Below are positions 27,495-36,097 of a stretch of DNA of 64,000 nucleotides, piece after piece (positions within the stretch are counted from its first letter, which is position 1; every line of letters starts with the position of its first letter). Location: IMG/VR virus record IMGVR_UViG_3300037246_001555, positions 1 to 64,000 of that record; one strand, 5' to 3'. Source of the stretch: a virus. The notes below the pieces were generated by a model, which was not told where the DNA came from, searched no databases, and saw nothing but the letters and a program-made list of their open reading frames with translations. Both the position numbers and the translations under genes were made by a program.

Positions 27495-27572
27495 GGCCCC
27501 TGCACCCCCCTCCCGAGTGCGGCGGGCCTCCCCTGGAAAGCGTTCCTCCCCCGCTTTCCAGGGGCCCTCTTT
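27495..27572 (+). ncRNA. Tandem stem-loops with CCUCCC loops; candidate sRNA and/or terminator
   Basis: Hairpin 27495-27528 with loop CCCCCUCCCGA. Perfect 13-bp hairpin 27530-27564 with loop UUCCUCCCC, then a pyrimidine tail. Confidence 0.45.
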
Positions 27573-27616
27573 CCCCTGAATAATTAGGTTCAGTAAACCT
27601 GCCTGATTAAATAGGT

Positions 27617-27635
27617 AAACGGCATTATTTACTAG
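27617..27635 (+). promoter_or_regulatory. Conserved phage promoter-like motif, copy 5
   Basis: AAACGGCATTATTTACTAG upstream of the scaffold/capsid operon. Confidence 0.75.
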
Positions 27636-27747
27636 AGGAAGTAGTTCAACTGCCTATAAGGCCGCCCCTCTTCCTGGGCCGTAAATGTTGAATGTAACTC
27701 GCCCTGATTACTCCATGAGGGCGTTAAACACCTAGGAGGTACAGGCA

Positions 27748-28701
27748 ATGCCTGATGCGAACGAAATCCAAGCAGCTCTAGAAGAGGTGCTGGACCCCAA
27801 AGTGGAATCGCAGCCCACGACCGAACCGAACCCGGATGTAGCCGATGCACTCCAGCAGGCACTCAAGACTGGAGACAAAGCGGAAGGCGCTTCTGACGAC
27901 GCGGTTGACAAGAGCACTGACGACACCAGTAAGGAATCGAAGACGGTTCCCTACGAGCGGTTGTCCAAGGTAGTGCAGCAGAAGAATGAGCTTTCCGAAC
28001 GCTATAAGAGCCTCGAAGAGCAGTTCAGTTCTGCCAATACGAGAGAACAAGAGCTTCGCGGACGAATCGGAGATCTAGAGCAAGACTCTCAGATCCTCGA
28101 TGCGATCAAGAACCTTGCTACGGATGAGCAGCTTCGCCCCCATGTGGTGGCGATTGACAAAGCTCTCCAGGGCATCACGGACGAGATCGAGACCGCGGAA
28201 GAGAAGGGCGACCAGCAGGCCGCATCGAACGCTGAGAAGCGATTCGAGCAGAAAGCGGCTGAGTTGGAAGAACTTCTCGATGATCAGCGAGCTGAGAACC
28301 TCTGGAGCGAGGCTGCTGGTTATGCCAAGGACATGCTCGAAAAACTACCTGATGGCTACACGGACGACGACAGAGCCGTCATAGGACAGCTCTGGAGTAA
28401 TCGTGTTGATTGGAACGGGATTGAGCAGGCTGGTAGTGATGCTATCCGCCCGGCTCTGAACGCTTCACTCGCCGAGGTGATCAAGGGGTATGGTATCCCG
28501 CGCGGTGCTCTGGTCGCTAATACGACCAAGGAAATCGAAGATCGGGTTCCCGAAGCCAGAATCGTATCCGCTGAGGATACGATCAAGAGCCTTACGGATA
28601 AGGACTGGGCCGAGACTGACGATAAGGACAACCTCGTTCATAGCGAGGCTGACTTTAGCGCTGGTTTGGCCGAGATGCTCCGAAAGACTCGCGGCGCCTA
28701 G
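27748..28701 (+). CDS. Capsid scaffolding protein
   Basis: Acidic N-terminus, VPYERL..V motif, coiled-coil, immediately upstream of the capsid gene. Confidence 0.7.
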   Translation: MPDANEIQAALEEVLDPKVESQPTTEPNPDVADALQQALKTGDKAEGASDDAVDKSTDDTSKESKTVPYERLSKVVQQKNELSERYKSLEEQFSSANTREQELRGRIGDLEQDSQILDAIKNLATDEQLRPHVVAIDKALQGITDEIETAEEKGDQQAASNAEKRFEQKAAELEELLDDQRAENLWSEAAGYAKDMLEKLPDGYTDDDRAVIGQLWSNRVDWNGIEQAGSDAIRPALNASLAEVIKGYGIPRGALVANTTKEIEDRVPEARIVSAEDTIKSLTDKDWAETDDKDNLVHSEADFSAGLAEMLRKTRGA

Positions 28702-28777
28702 GGAACCCTAACCAAGCCTTAGAGCCTCCACGCACAGTGCATGGTTGCACCTACGGTTTGATAAGGAGTTCCTAAAA

Positions 28778-29989
28778 ATGGAGACTTTTGCCACACTTGG
28801 CGATATGCTCCTACGTCGGTACGTCGTGGATTTCATCGGGCAGATGCAACAGCTTTCTTCCCCAGTCCACAGCCGACTCAAGGAGAATACGCGCTTCATC
28901 CCTTCGGGTGACGGTGCGTACTTTGCTGTCAGAATTGACGGCAATGAGTCGGGCGGCGGCTGGCGCGGCACTGACGACAACACCCTGCCCTCCGCGGGCA
29001 ACGAGCGCATCAAGCAGGCTCGCGTACGACCCAAGAAGTACTACCACACGGTTACCTTCTCTGGTCTCGCAGAGGCTGTTTCGAAGCGCGCAGGCGAAGA
29101 CGCCTTCGCCGCCGGTATCACGGACGCAATCAGTTCGGCTGTAAAGCGTGCGGGTGCCAACTTCGAGACCACGTTCCTGCGTGGCGACGGTACTGGCCGA
29201 CTCACTAACGTGAGTGGCTCCCAGGCCGCCGACACGACCATCGTGGTCGATGACTCTCGGACGATTCGTACGGGACAGGTTGTGGTGTTTCTGAACAACA
29301 CGACTGGTCTACGCCAGGCAGGCCCGGTGCAGATCACCTCGAACGACATCGCCAACGCCACGATTACGGTCAATGCGGCCGTGACCGTCACGGATAACGA
29401 CGGCGTTTACATCAGCGGTGAGCAGGATGAGGCTTCGGCCCCGTCTGAGCTGACGGCCCTCGGGCTCCCGGCGCTGGTGAACAACACCGGAACTATCTAC
29501 AACCTCTCCCGGACGACCTACCCCATCCTTCAGTCGAAGGTGATTGCGGCGGGTTCGACCAGTCTCGATGAGAGCATGCTGCGCAGACTGCGCAAGCAGC
29601 TCATGATCGAGACGGCCGTTGAGAGCCTTGAGGGCTTCGCGCTCATCTCGAATCACGATCAGTACGATCGTTACACTGAGATCGCGCTTCCCTTCCGGCG
29701 CTTCAACGACATGCGTCTGGAGCTGGGTGCTCAGCAGGAGCTGACGACCTTCGAAGGTCGCCCGTGGCTGGTCACTTGGGCCGCGCTGCCGGACGAGGTG
29801 TACTTCCTCAACCTGGGTGCCATCGAACGAGGTATCGTTCGACCTTTCGCGATTGACGAGAGGGTGAATATGGCATGGGTCCCCGGCCAGGACGCTTTCA
29901 CGGTTCTGATGAAGACCTACTGCGAGAACGTAGGCAGGTACCTCAACCAGAGTGCGAAAATCACCGGGTTGACTACGCCGACCTACTGA
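28778..29989 (+). CDS. Major capsid protein (HK97 fold)
   Basis: ~400 aa, strongly biased codon usage, AAGGAG RBS, RGDGTG motif, followed by a terminator. Confidence 0.75.
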   Translation: METFATLGDMLLRRYVVDFIGQMQQLSSPVHSRLKENTRFIPSGDGAYFAVRIDGNESGGGWRGTDDNTLPSAGNERIKQARVRPKKYYHTVTFSGLAEAVSKRAGEDAFAAGITDAISSAVKRAGANFETTFLRGDGTGRLTNVSGSQAADTTIVVDDSRTIRTGQVVVFLNNTTGLRQAGPVQITSNDIANATITVNAAVTVTDNDGVYISGEQDEASAPSELTALGLPALVNNTGTIYNLSRTTYPILQSKVIAAGSTSLDESMLRRLRKQLMIETAVESLEGFALISNHDQYDRYTEIALPFRRFNDMRLELGAQQELTTFEGRPWLVTWAALPDEVYFLNLGAIERGIVRPFAIDERVNMAWVPGQDAFTVLMKTYCENVGRYLNQSAKITGLTTPTY

Positions 29990-30019
29990 TCTTAGCGGAT
30001 CGGTGACAATCTAGGAATA

Positions 30020-30052
30020 GCCCCTGGGGTATCAGCCCCAGGGGCATTCTTA
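30020..30052 (+). terminator. Intrinsic terminator after capsid gene
   Basis: GCCCCTGGGG-tatcag-CCCCAGGGGC followed by ATTCTTA. Confidence 0.7.
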
Positions 30053-30070
30053 TACTCGGGAGAGATTGTT

Positions 30071-30508
30071 ATGGAATGGAAGCCTCTACACGGGTTTAAA
30101 GGCCTGTACTCTGTATCTGACACGGGACTCGTTCGTGCTGAAGCTAAAGTCATCAAACGCCCAAGCTCCACCCGTGGAAAGCTTCAACACCGGAAGCAGA
30201 AGATGATGAGGACTCCAGCTAACGGTCACGGTTACGCTTCCTTCCCTGCCACCAAAGACGGTCAACGTAAGACTGTAGATGTCCACCGCGCAGTCTATGA
30301 GGCCCATGTTCGTCCTCTGGAATCTGGAGAGCACGTACACCACGTGAATGACTGTAAGTTGGACAACCAAGTTTCAAATCTTCAAGCCATGCCCGATCTT
30401 GAGCACAAGCGCCATACTCAGCAGCGCATAAAAGACAAGATCGCAGTGGCTGACTTTCTAACTCAGATCCTAATGACCAAAGGAGCCCTAAATGTCTCTA
30501 CTCTCTGA
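30071..30508 (+). CDS. NUMOD4/HNH homing endonuclease
   Basis: EWKPLHGFKGLYSVSDTG.VR (NUMOD4), VHRAV...VHHVNDCKLDN..SNL (HNH). Confidence 0.85.
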   Translation: MEWKPLHGFKGLYSVSDTGLVRAEAKVIKRPSSTRGKLQHRKQKMMRTPANGHGYASFPATKDGQRKTVDVHRAVYEAHVRPLESGEHVHHVNDCKLDNQVSNLQAMPDLEHKRHTQQRIKDKIAVADFLTQILMTKGALNVSTL

Positions 30509-30779
30509 CCACAAGTTCGAGGCCTTCGGTCGCCCCTACGGCCTCGCCCGTGTGGAGTACACAGGCGCCGCAGCCACGTTCCTCGTGGATCAATCGGCTT
30601 CTGCCGTAGCCTCCATTGAGCCCTCGTCCAGCGCCCCCGCGGCCACCATTGCATCGGGCGACTCCAACTTCGAAAAGACGGTGACCCTCGCTGCTGGTTC
30701 TCCGGCCGCGGTCGTGACCGTAGCAATCGCCTACAGTGGCGGGACCATCTCCAGCTCCAAGCCCGCCTCGCGCGCCTAG
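30492..30779 (+). CDS. Small beta-rich virion/decoration protein (paralog of 33405-33686)
   Basis: Shared TF.VDQSA and DSNFEKTVT.A.GS motifs. Confidence 0.6.
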   Translation: MSLLSDHKFEAFGRPYGLARVEYTGAAATFLVDQSASAVASIEPSSSAPAATIASGDSNFEKTVTLAAGSPAAVVTVAIAYSGGTISSSKPASRA

Positions 30780-30788
30780 TAGCGCCTA
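30768..30788 (+). repeat. 21-bp direct repeat, left copy
   Basis: TCGCGCGCCTAGTAGCGCCTA, identical to 32799-32819. Confidence 0.9.
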
Positions 30789-30792
30789 TAAG

Positions 30793-30984
30793 GTGTTCAA
30801 TCGTAGAGTAATCGCTAAACTGAATGCTAAGATTGATGAGCTTAGTGATCAACTGCTCGAAATGAGTAATAGGCTCTCAAAAAACGACAGCAAGCTCAAC
30901 AGTGCGCTAGCCGAGATACGCGGTGTACTGGCCGAGCTAGAAGATGTACGTAGCGGTAGAATTCTAAGTAACCGTAAAGGCTAA
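30793..30984 (+). CDS. Short coiled-coil protein
   Basis: Heptad pattern. Start tentatively GTG 30793. Confidence 0.4.
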   Translation: MFNRRVIAKLNAKIDELSDQLLEMSNRLSKNDSKLNSALAEIRGVLAELEDVRSGRILSNRKG

Positions 30985-30987
30985 ACA

Positions 30988-31278
30988 GTGAACTACAGAG
31001 CGTCAGTCGTAACAAGGGTTACTTTAGACGCGGATAGGCAGATAGCGTCCGGCGACAGTATTGTAGTGTTCGGAATTGTTTTTTCAAACAGCACCACTCT
31101 ACCCGCAGAAATTGATGTTCTTGATGGCGCCGGCACTAAGCATATAACTGTCACGGTCCCTCCTGAAGATACTCGTATAGTTGATTTCGAGTTCATAGCA
31201 GACAGCGGACTCACGATTGACAGCCTAGGCAATGCTAACGTAGTGGCTACCGTGTTCCATAGTCAGGGCGGAAGCTAG
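30988..31278 (+). CDS. Small beta-rich virion protein (paralog of 20502-20804)
   Basis: TRV...R.I.....V.GI and F.FIADSGL pattern shared with ORF 20502. Confidence 0.55.
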   Translation: MNYRASVVTRVTLDADRQIASGDSIVVFGIVFSNSTTLPAEIDVLDGAGTKHITVTVPPEDTRIVDFEFIADSGLTIDSLGNANVVATVFHSQGGS

Positions 31279-32783
31279 TGAGCCGGTTTCTTACAACGGA
31301 CAAATCCAGTATTGGAGCCTTCGGGGATTTAAGAACCGCCGCTTTAACTCAAGAGGTCGCTATAGACTTCTCTCTTCCTCCTTCTGAGGCCTTTGTTAAT
31401 ATTGCTGCAAACAACTTAGGCTCTGTTTCTCAAGACACCACAAATAAGCTCCTTCAAGTTCAAAGTGGTGCTAGCGCGAATTCTGCTGCTTATCTTGGCA
31501 CTCGAAGGCCGGTGCAGCACTTTCCCGGCCAGGGAGGGCTCGTACGATTTTCAGGCATCTTCACCGCCGGAGTCGTTGGAAACGTACAACTGATTGGATT
31601 AGGCAACGAGTCAGACGGGCTTTTCTTCAGTTATAACGGGGTTGATTTTGGAGTGCTTCGTAGGACTGGTGGGAGTTTTGAGGTCCAACAACTCGTAGTC
31701 TCCAACGGCGCGGATAACAATGCAGGTACACTTACTATCACGCTGAATGGCAATGCTAAAGAAGTAGAAGTAGAGAATGCAGATACCGCTAGAGAAGTAG
31801 CCGAAGCCATCGCCGCTACAGACTTCAGTGACGTTGGAGATGGGTGGTTAACGTCCATATTTGATGAGACAGTAGAGTTCATCTCGTACAATTCTGAAGT
31901 TAAGGGAGGGGCCTTTTCTTTTGCGGACACCGACTCTACAGCCTCAGCCGCCTCGTTTTCTCAGGCCGTGGCCGGAGTAGCCCCGACAGAAGAGTTTATT
32001 GCTCAAGCCTCGTGGTCTGACGACGCGATGGATGGAGCGGGGGCGACTGCTATGACCCTCGATCCTACAAAAGGAAACGTGTTCGAAATACAGTACCAGT
32101 GGCTGGGTTTCGGAATGATCAAGTTCTTTATTGAAGAACAGAACACTGGCGACTTTGCTTTGGTTCATAAGATTAGCTACGCGAACCAGAATACGGCGCC
32201 TAGTCTTTCTAATCCGACACTACCTTTGTGTGTTTCTTCTGTGAACACTTCTAACACCTCAAACGTGACAGTTAAATCAGGCTCTATGGCGGGATTTACG
32301 GAGGGCATAGACCGCGGAGCTGCAAACGCATTTTTCGCAGCCCAAGGAGCAAAGAACGTTACTTCTGCTTCTGAGGCCCCTATACTTACTCTTAGCTCTA
32401 AGTTGATATTCCAAGGCAGCGTTAACCCTGTAGTAAGCATACCCCAAAATGTGAATTTCTCAGCGTCTGGCTTGAGTAATAAGCAGATTTGTGAGTTCAG
32501 GATATATAGGGGGGCTTCTCTGACCGGACCTGTTGCGTATACCGACGTAAATACTAATTTCTCTGTAACTCGCTTTGACACAGCAGCTACAGGATTCTCC
32601 GGCGGCCTGTTTCTCTTGGCTACGGAGGTGGCAAACAATGTTTCGGTGAATGTAGACCTTGCAACCTTATTTGGAGCTAGCTGGTTCAGGGGAGAAAGCA
32701 TCACGATCACTACTACTATTGTAGGCGGCGGTGCTATAGATATGGAAGCAGCAGTCTCTTTTACGTGGGTAGAAAGCTTCTAA
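31278..32783 (+). CDS. Beta-sandwich (lectin/LamG-like) virion structural protein
   Basis: PGQG..VRFSGIF, DGLFF, QASW..D.MDG.G...LDPTKGNVF.IQYQWLGFG pattern seen in phage structural proteins. Confidence 0.55.
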   Translation: MSRFLTTDKSSIGAFGDLRTAALTQEVAIDFSLPPSEAFVNIAANNLGSVSQDTTNKLLQVQSGASANSAAYLGTRRPVQHFPGQGGLVRFSGIFTAGVVGNVQLIGLGNESDGLFFSYNGVDFGVLRRTGGSFEVQQLVVSNGADNNAGTLTITLNGNAKEVEVENADTAREVAEAIAATDFSDVGDGWLTSIFDETVEFISYNSEVKGGAFSFADTDSTASAASFSQAVAGVAPTEEFIAQASWSDDAMDGAGATAMTLDPTKGNVFEIQYQWLGFGMIKFFIEEQNTGDFALVHKISYANQNTAPSLSNPTLPLCVSSVNTSNTSNVTVKSGSMAGFTEGIDRGAANAFFAAQGAKNVTSASEAPILTLSSKLIFQGSVNPVVSIPQNVNFSASGLSNKQICEFRIYRGASLTGPVAYTDVNTNFSVTRFDTAATGFSGGLFLLATEVANNVSVNVDLATLFGASWFRGESITITTTIVGGGAIDMEAAVSFTWVESF

Positions 32784-32798
32784 ATTCCTAAACCGTTT

Positions 32799-32819
32799 TC
32801 GCGCGCCTAGTAGCGCCTA
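32799..32819 (+). repeat. 21-bp direct repeat, right copy
   Basis: TCGCGCGCCTAGTAGCGCCTA followed by GAAGGAG, the RBS of the next gene. Confidence 0.9.
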
Positions 32820-32832
32820 GAAGGAGTCAACC

Positions 32833-33105
32833 TTGTCCCAAATCCTATCGCAAAAGATTCAATCGGTGCGCCGAGGGAGTAGCTCTGTGGCCGCCACAGT
32901 AGTCAAGCTTACCACGCGGTCCGATTCCGTAGAAGTGCCGAGAATGGCTGCAACTGCGAACACCGCCGCGCAACTCCGACGCCCCGGTGACAACGTTGTC
33001 ACGGTGAGTATCACTGACATTGATACTGTTGCTTTGACGGGAAATGTCGGTGATGAGGTCCTACTCGTCACCCTTCATGATGACCCCGTTCCGGAGCTGA
33101 GGTAA
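32833..33105 (+). CDS. Small beta-rich virion protein (paralog of 34662-34994)
   Basis: SDSVEVP / SDTVTVP and GDEVLLVTLH / GSEVVLFTLH shared. Confidence 0.55.
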   Translation: MSQILSQKIQSVRRGSSSVAATVVKLTTRSDSVEVPRMAATANTAAQLRRPGDNVVTVSITDIDTVALTGNVGDEVLLVTLHDDPVPELR

Positions 33106-33108
33106 GTC

Positions 33109-33399
33109 GTGGCCCCCAAGATTTCTGACGGCACAGAGGTCAGAATTCAGGTTTCCAATAGGCTTACCCTACGGGTTCGTGAGCTGTATCCGGTAACCGA
33201 CAACGACTTTGTTTCAACCACAGCCGGAGGCCTACGTCAGGACCAGGGCGTTCTAGCCACCAAGTCTACGGTTGGCATTGCTGAGAGCGAGTTCTACACT
33301 GGAGTCTCTCGCGTCAAGGGCGCAGCTCCCGGTAGCAACCTCTATGTCAAGAATGCTGCTGGCACTCGGGCAATCGTGGTCCAGCTCGAAGACAACTAA
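33109..33399 (+). CDS. Small putative virion protein
   Basis: Operon context, beta-rich. Confidence 0.5.
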   Translation: MAPKISDGTEVRIQVSNRLTLRVRELYPVTDNDFVSTTAGGLRQDQGVLATKSTVGIAESEFYTGVSRVKGAAPGSNLYVKNAAGTRAIVVQLEDN

Positions 33400-33404
33400 G
33401 TCTG

Positions 33405-33686
33405 GTGGCTGAACTATTGCCTACATCTGAGAAGAACTACGAGTTCCGTTCGAAGATCTACAAGTTCTCAGAGTTCGCCTACGCTGGTACGGAAATCACC
33501 TTCAAGGTTGATCAATCCGCTGTATCGTCGGTGGCGGTACTCCCCGCCTCAGGGGCGCCTACCGTGACTCTGGGATCGTCTGACTCGAATTTCGAGAAGA
33601 CGGTAACGATAGCCTTAGGCAGCGCATCGGCCACTGTTGTAATTGTCACTGCCCACGGTAAAACCGCGGCGGGAGTTAAACCGTAA
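33405..33686 (+). CDS. Small beta-rich virion/decoration protein (paralog of 30492-30779)
   Basis: FKVDQSA and SDSNFEKTVTIALGS. Confidence 0.6.
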   Translation: MAELLPTSEKNYEFRSKIYKFSEFAYAGTEITFKVDQSAVSSVAVLPASGAPTVTLGSSDSNFEKTVTIALGSASATVVIVTAHGKTAAGVKP

Positions 33687-34453
33687 TGCCCTCTGCATAC
33701 GATACATCCGGACGCCTGAAGAAGAACGCGCTCCTTGGAACCTCCCTTGCGGTAGACCCCGACCAGGCGGTTCAGAAGGGTCAGTTCGAGGAGCTTCACG
33801 CTGAGGCCAAAGGAGTCGCTGGTCAGGGCCGTGAGCCCATGCTCGGCAGGCTACAGGGCCGCTGGCAGGAGTTCGGTCAGCAACAGCAGCATAGGCTTCA
33901 GACTATAGCCGAACGTAAAGGGTCGCTTGAGACTCAGTACTCTGGTCTGGGTGACTCTAAGATGGAGGCAGGCTTCGCCGCCAATAAGCGGTACTCTCAA
34001 GGTGAGGGCTATAATGCGAAGTCAACTTCGGCCCTAGCTAAGGCCGGAATGCCTACGGACTTCTTGAACGAGGCTAGGGAGAGCTTCTACAAGGAGTTCT
34101 ACCATGAGCTGCGATCCGCGGCGAAGAAAAAGAGCAAGGGTGGCTTTCTTGGGAAGATGCTCCCGTCTAAGCTTTCAAAGAAGATGGGCAAAATAATCCC
34201 AAGCAAGATCTCTAGAGTCCTGGGTCTCCCAAGCGGAAGCAAGCACAGCTCCGAAGCAGCGCTCGCCAAGTACGCAAAGAACATGTGGGAGGCGCGTTAC
34301 GGTGACCCGGTGGAGCAGCAGTATCGCGAACGAATTAGTGCTGAGGTCGATACACTCAACCAGCAGTATATCCCGCTGCAAGAAGAAGAGCTTGACCGTC
34401 AGGAGCGTCTGGCGGATCGGGCTGAACTCTATAACATGTTCCTTGGAGAATAA
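33686..34453 (+). CDS. Hypothetical helical protein, possibly internal virion protein
   Basis: Gln/Lys/Ala-rich helical ORF within the structural module. Confidence 0.5.
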   Translation: MPSAYDTSGRLKKNALLGTSLAVDPDQAVQKGQFEELHAEAKGVAGQGREPMLGRLQGRWQEFGQQQQHRLQTIAERKGSLETQYSGLGDSKMEAGFAANKRYSQGEGYNAKSTSALAKAGMPTDFLNEARESFYKEFYHELRSAAKKKSKGGFLGKMLPSKLSKKMGKIIPSKISRVLGLPSGSKHSSEAALAKYAKNMWEARYGDPVEQQYRERISAEVDTLNQQYIPLQEEELDRQERLADRAELYNMFLGE

Positions 34454-34456
34454 TCA

Positions 34457-34660
34457 ATGAATTGGCTTCGTTCGACTCTGTTGAAGATAGCACGTAACGC
34501 AATCGACCAGCTCATTCAGGAGGCTATGGATTCGGCGATCAAGGAACTTAACGAAGAGATCGACGCGGCGTTCGAGGACGAACGTGAGCGGGCGGCTCTC
34601 AAATCTGGAATCGTGATGCTCCGACAGCGCGTAGCTTTGGCGATTAGAGAGAGGCTATAA
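34457..34660 (+). CDS. Hypothetical protein
   Basis: GGAG RBS, operon context. Confidence 0.5.
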   Translation: MNWLRSTLLKIARNAIDQLIQEAMDSAIKELNEEIDAAFEDERERAALKSGIVMLRQRVALAIRERL

Positions 34661-34661
34661 C

Positions 34662-34994
34662 ATGCCCAGTCTTGATAACAGCTATAATGCCGCTTCCGTG
34701 TTTGTAGATGTCCCCGGACGCCCCGATCAGGTAGCTCGTGTGTGGCGCCTAAGAATGCAGTCCAGCTCTGATACTGTAACGGTGCCTGAGTTGCTGACTC
34801 GTTCTGGGTCGAATGATCAAAGCTCCGTACGGGTACTCGACCCGGCCACTGGCGTGACGACTAACGCAGCGGCCACCACTTCGAACAACGAGAATGTGGT
34901 GACAGTTGCGAGTTCCTCGGCCGGTAGTGAGGTTGTGCTTTTCACGCTTCATCCCCGAAATGCCCGAGGTACCGTGGCCCCTGACCCCTCGTAA
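34662..34994 (+). CDS. Small Ser/Thr-rich virion protein (paralog of 32833-33105)
   Basis: Shared motifs as above. Confidence 0.55.
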   Translation: MPSLDNSYNAASVFVDVPGRPDQVARVWRLRMQSSSDTVTVPELLTRSGSNDQSSVRVLDPATGVTTNAAATTSNNENVVTVASSSAGSEVVLFTLHPRNARGTVAPDPS

Positions 34995-35015
34995 TACCGG
35001 CCTAAACAAAGCCTT

Positions 35016-35034
35016 AGACGGTATTATTTACTAG
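35016..35034 (+). promoter_or_regulatory. Conserved phage promoter-like motif, copy 6
   Basis: AGACGGTATTATTTACTAG, intergenic. Confidence 0.7.
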
Positions 35035-35140
35035 ACGACTAAGGGTGTGGTGAACATCCTAGTTGTTTCACTAAACAAAACAATTGGAGATTGCTGACCC
35101 CCGTTGGAGGGAAGGACTCTTCGCTGAGAAGGAGAATCCA

Positions 35141-35524
35141 ATGGCGCATGACGTTAAGATTCGTTTCAAGTCGTTCCTGCCGGGTGGCGGGTACGACAGT
35201 TCCGGAAACCCCGTGCAGGGTAAGACGCGCGTAGTCGGCATCGTTGATGTGACTTCGTATGACGGCGAAGAGGGTGATCAGTTCGACGCCCGCTCCGTTG
35301 GTCTCACCAACATCGACGCCTTGACCCTTCGTGTCCGGGACCAGATGGACGGATCGTTCCCTGGTGCAAAGAATCGTGACTGCCTGTACTCGCAGAGTAC
35401 CGGTCACTTCTACCTGCTCACTCGCGTTGCCACTGGCGTGGCTCTGGGTGTGGTTGCAGGAAGCACCGAGACGCTGGAGTTCGACGCTTTCGGCGACAGT
35501 GTTGCGGACGTGGAGCTGACCTAG
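35141..35524 (+). CDS. Putative abundant virion (decoration) protein
   Basis: Own promoter motif and terminator, AAGGAG RBS before ATG 35141, capsid-like codon bias. Confidence 0.5.
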   Translation: MAHDVKIRFKSFLPGGGYDSSGNPVQGKTRVVGIVDVTSYDGEEGDQFDARSVGLTNIDALTLRVRDQMDGSFPGAKNRDCLYSQSTGHFYLLTRVATGVALGVVAGSTETLEFDAFGDSVADVELT

Positions 35525-35553
35525 CACCAAGTCAGGACAGCCCTGAACCAGAT

Positions 35554-35588
35554 AGAGGAGGTCCGTATCCTACGGGCCTCCTCTTTCT
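35554..35588 (+). terminator. Intrinsic terminator
   Basis: AGAGGAGGTCCGTA-tcc-TACGGGCCTCCTCT followed by TTCT. Confidence 0.7.
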
Positions 35589-35612
35589 ACTTAAATCACT
35601 TGAGAGGTCTCT

Positions 35613-35798
35613 ATGTCAAGTTACGAAGCCCCGTTGAGATGTCAGCAATGCGGGATGGTTATTCGGAAAAAGCCCAAGGCTAAAACCCCGAAGTACTGCC
35701 CTCAATGCCGTGAAACAAAGCAGCAGGCTTGGAAGAAGGCAAACCTCTCACCAGCCGCCCAACGCAAATCGCGTTTTCAGGCGATACCTAACAAGTAA
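35613..35798 (+). CDS. Small zinc-ribbon protein
   Basis: CQQCG...YCPQC (two CxxC). Confidence 0.6.
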   Translation: MSSYEAPLRCQQCGMVIRKKPKAKTPKYCPQCRETKQQAWKKANLSPAAQRKSRFQAIPNK

Positions 35799-35810
35799 GG
35801 AGAAATTCAA

Positions 35811-36065
35811 ATGGCTACTGTTGCCAAGCGCTATATTCTGCCCCTCGGCCCCGTGAAGATTGAGGTGATTAACATCACTGCAATCACGGATGCCGATACA
35901 GTCACAAGTAGCATTCAACGCCCCGACTTCGGCTTGTTTGTTCAGGGTGAAGATGCTGGAAATACCCAGCTCGCGACCAATGTTTCGATCTCTGGTCGAA
36001 CGGTCACTCTGAACAATGGGAACTTCTCAAGTTCCACTGGAGTCCTGCTTCTGTTCGGCTTCTAG
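35811..36065 (+). CDS. Small beta-rich virion protein
   Basis: AAGGAG RBS, Ser/Thr-rich beta pattern. Confidence 0.5.
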   Translation: MATVAKRYILPLGPVKIEVINITAITDADTVTSSIQRPDFGLFVQGEDAGNTQLATNVSISGRTVTLNNGNFSSSTGVLLLFGF

Positions 36066-36097
36066 GCGTGAAAAACTCGTAGGGGAGGAGGTACGTT

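Noticed and set aside
28702-28777. tRNA-like element between scaffold and capsid genes
   Set aside because: Only a short GTGCA/TGCAC hairpin; no cloverleaf or T-loop consensus.
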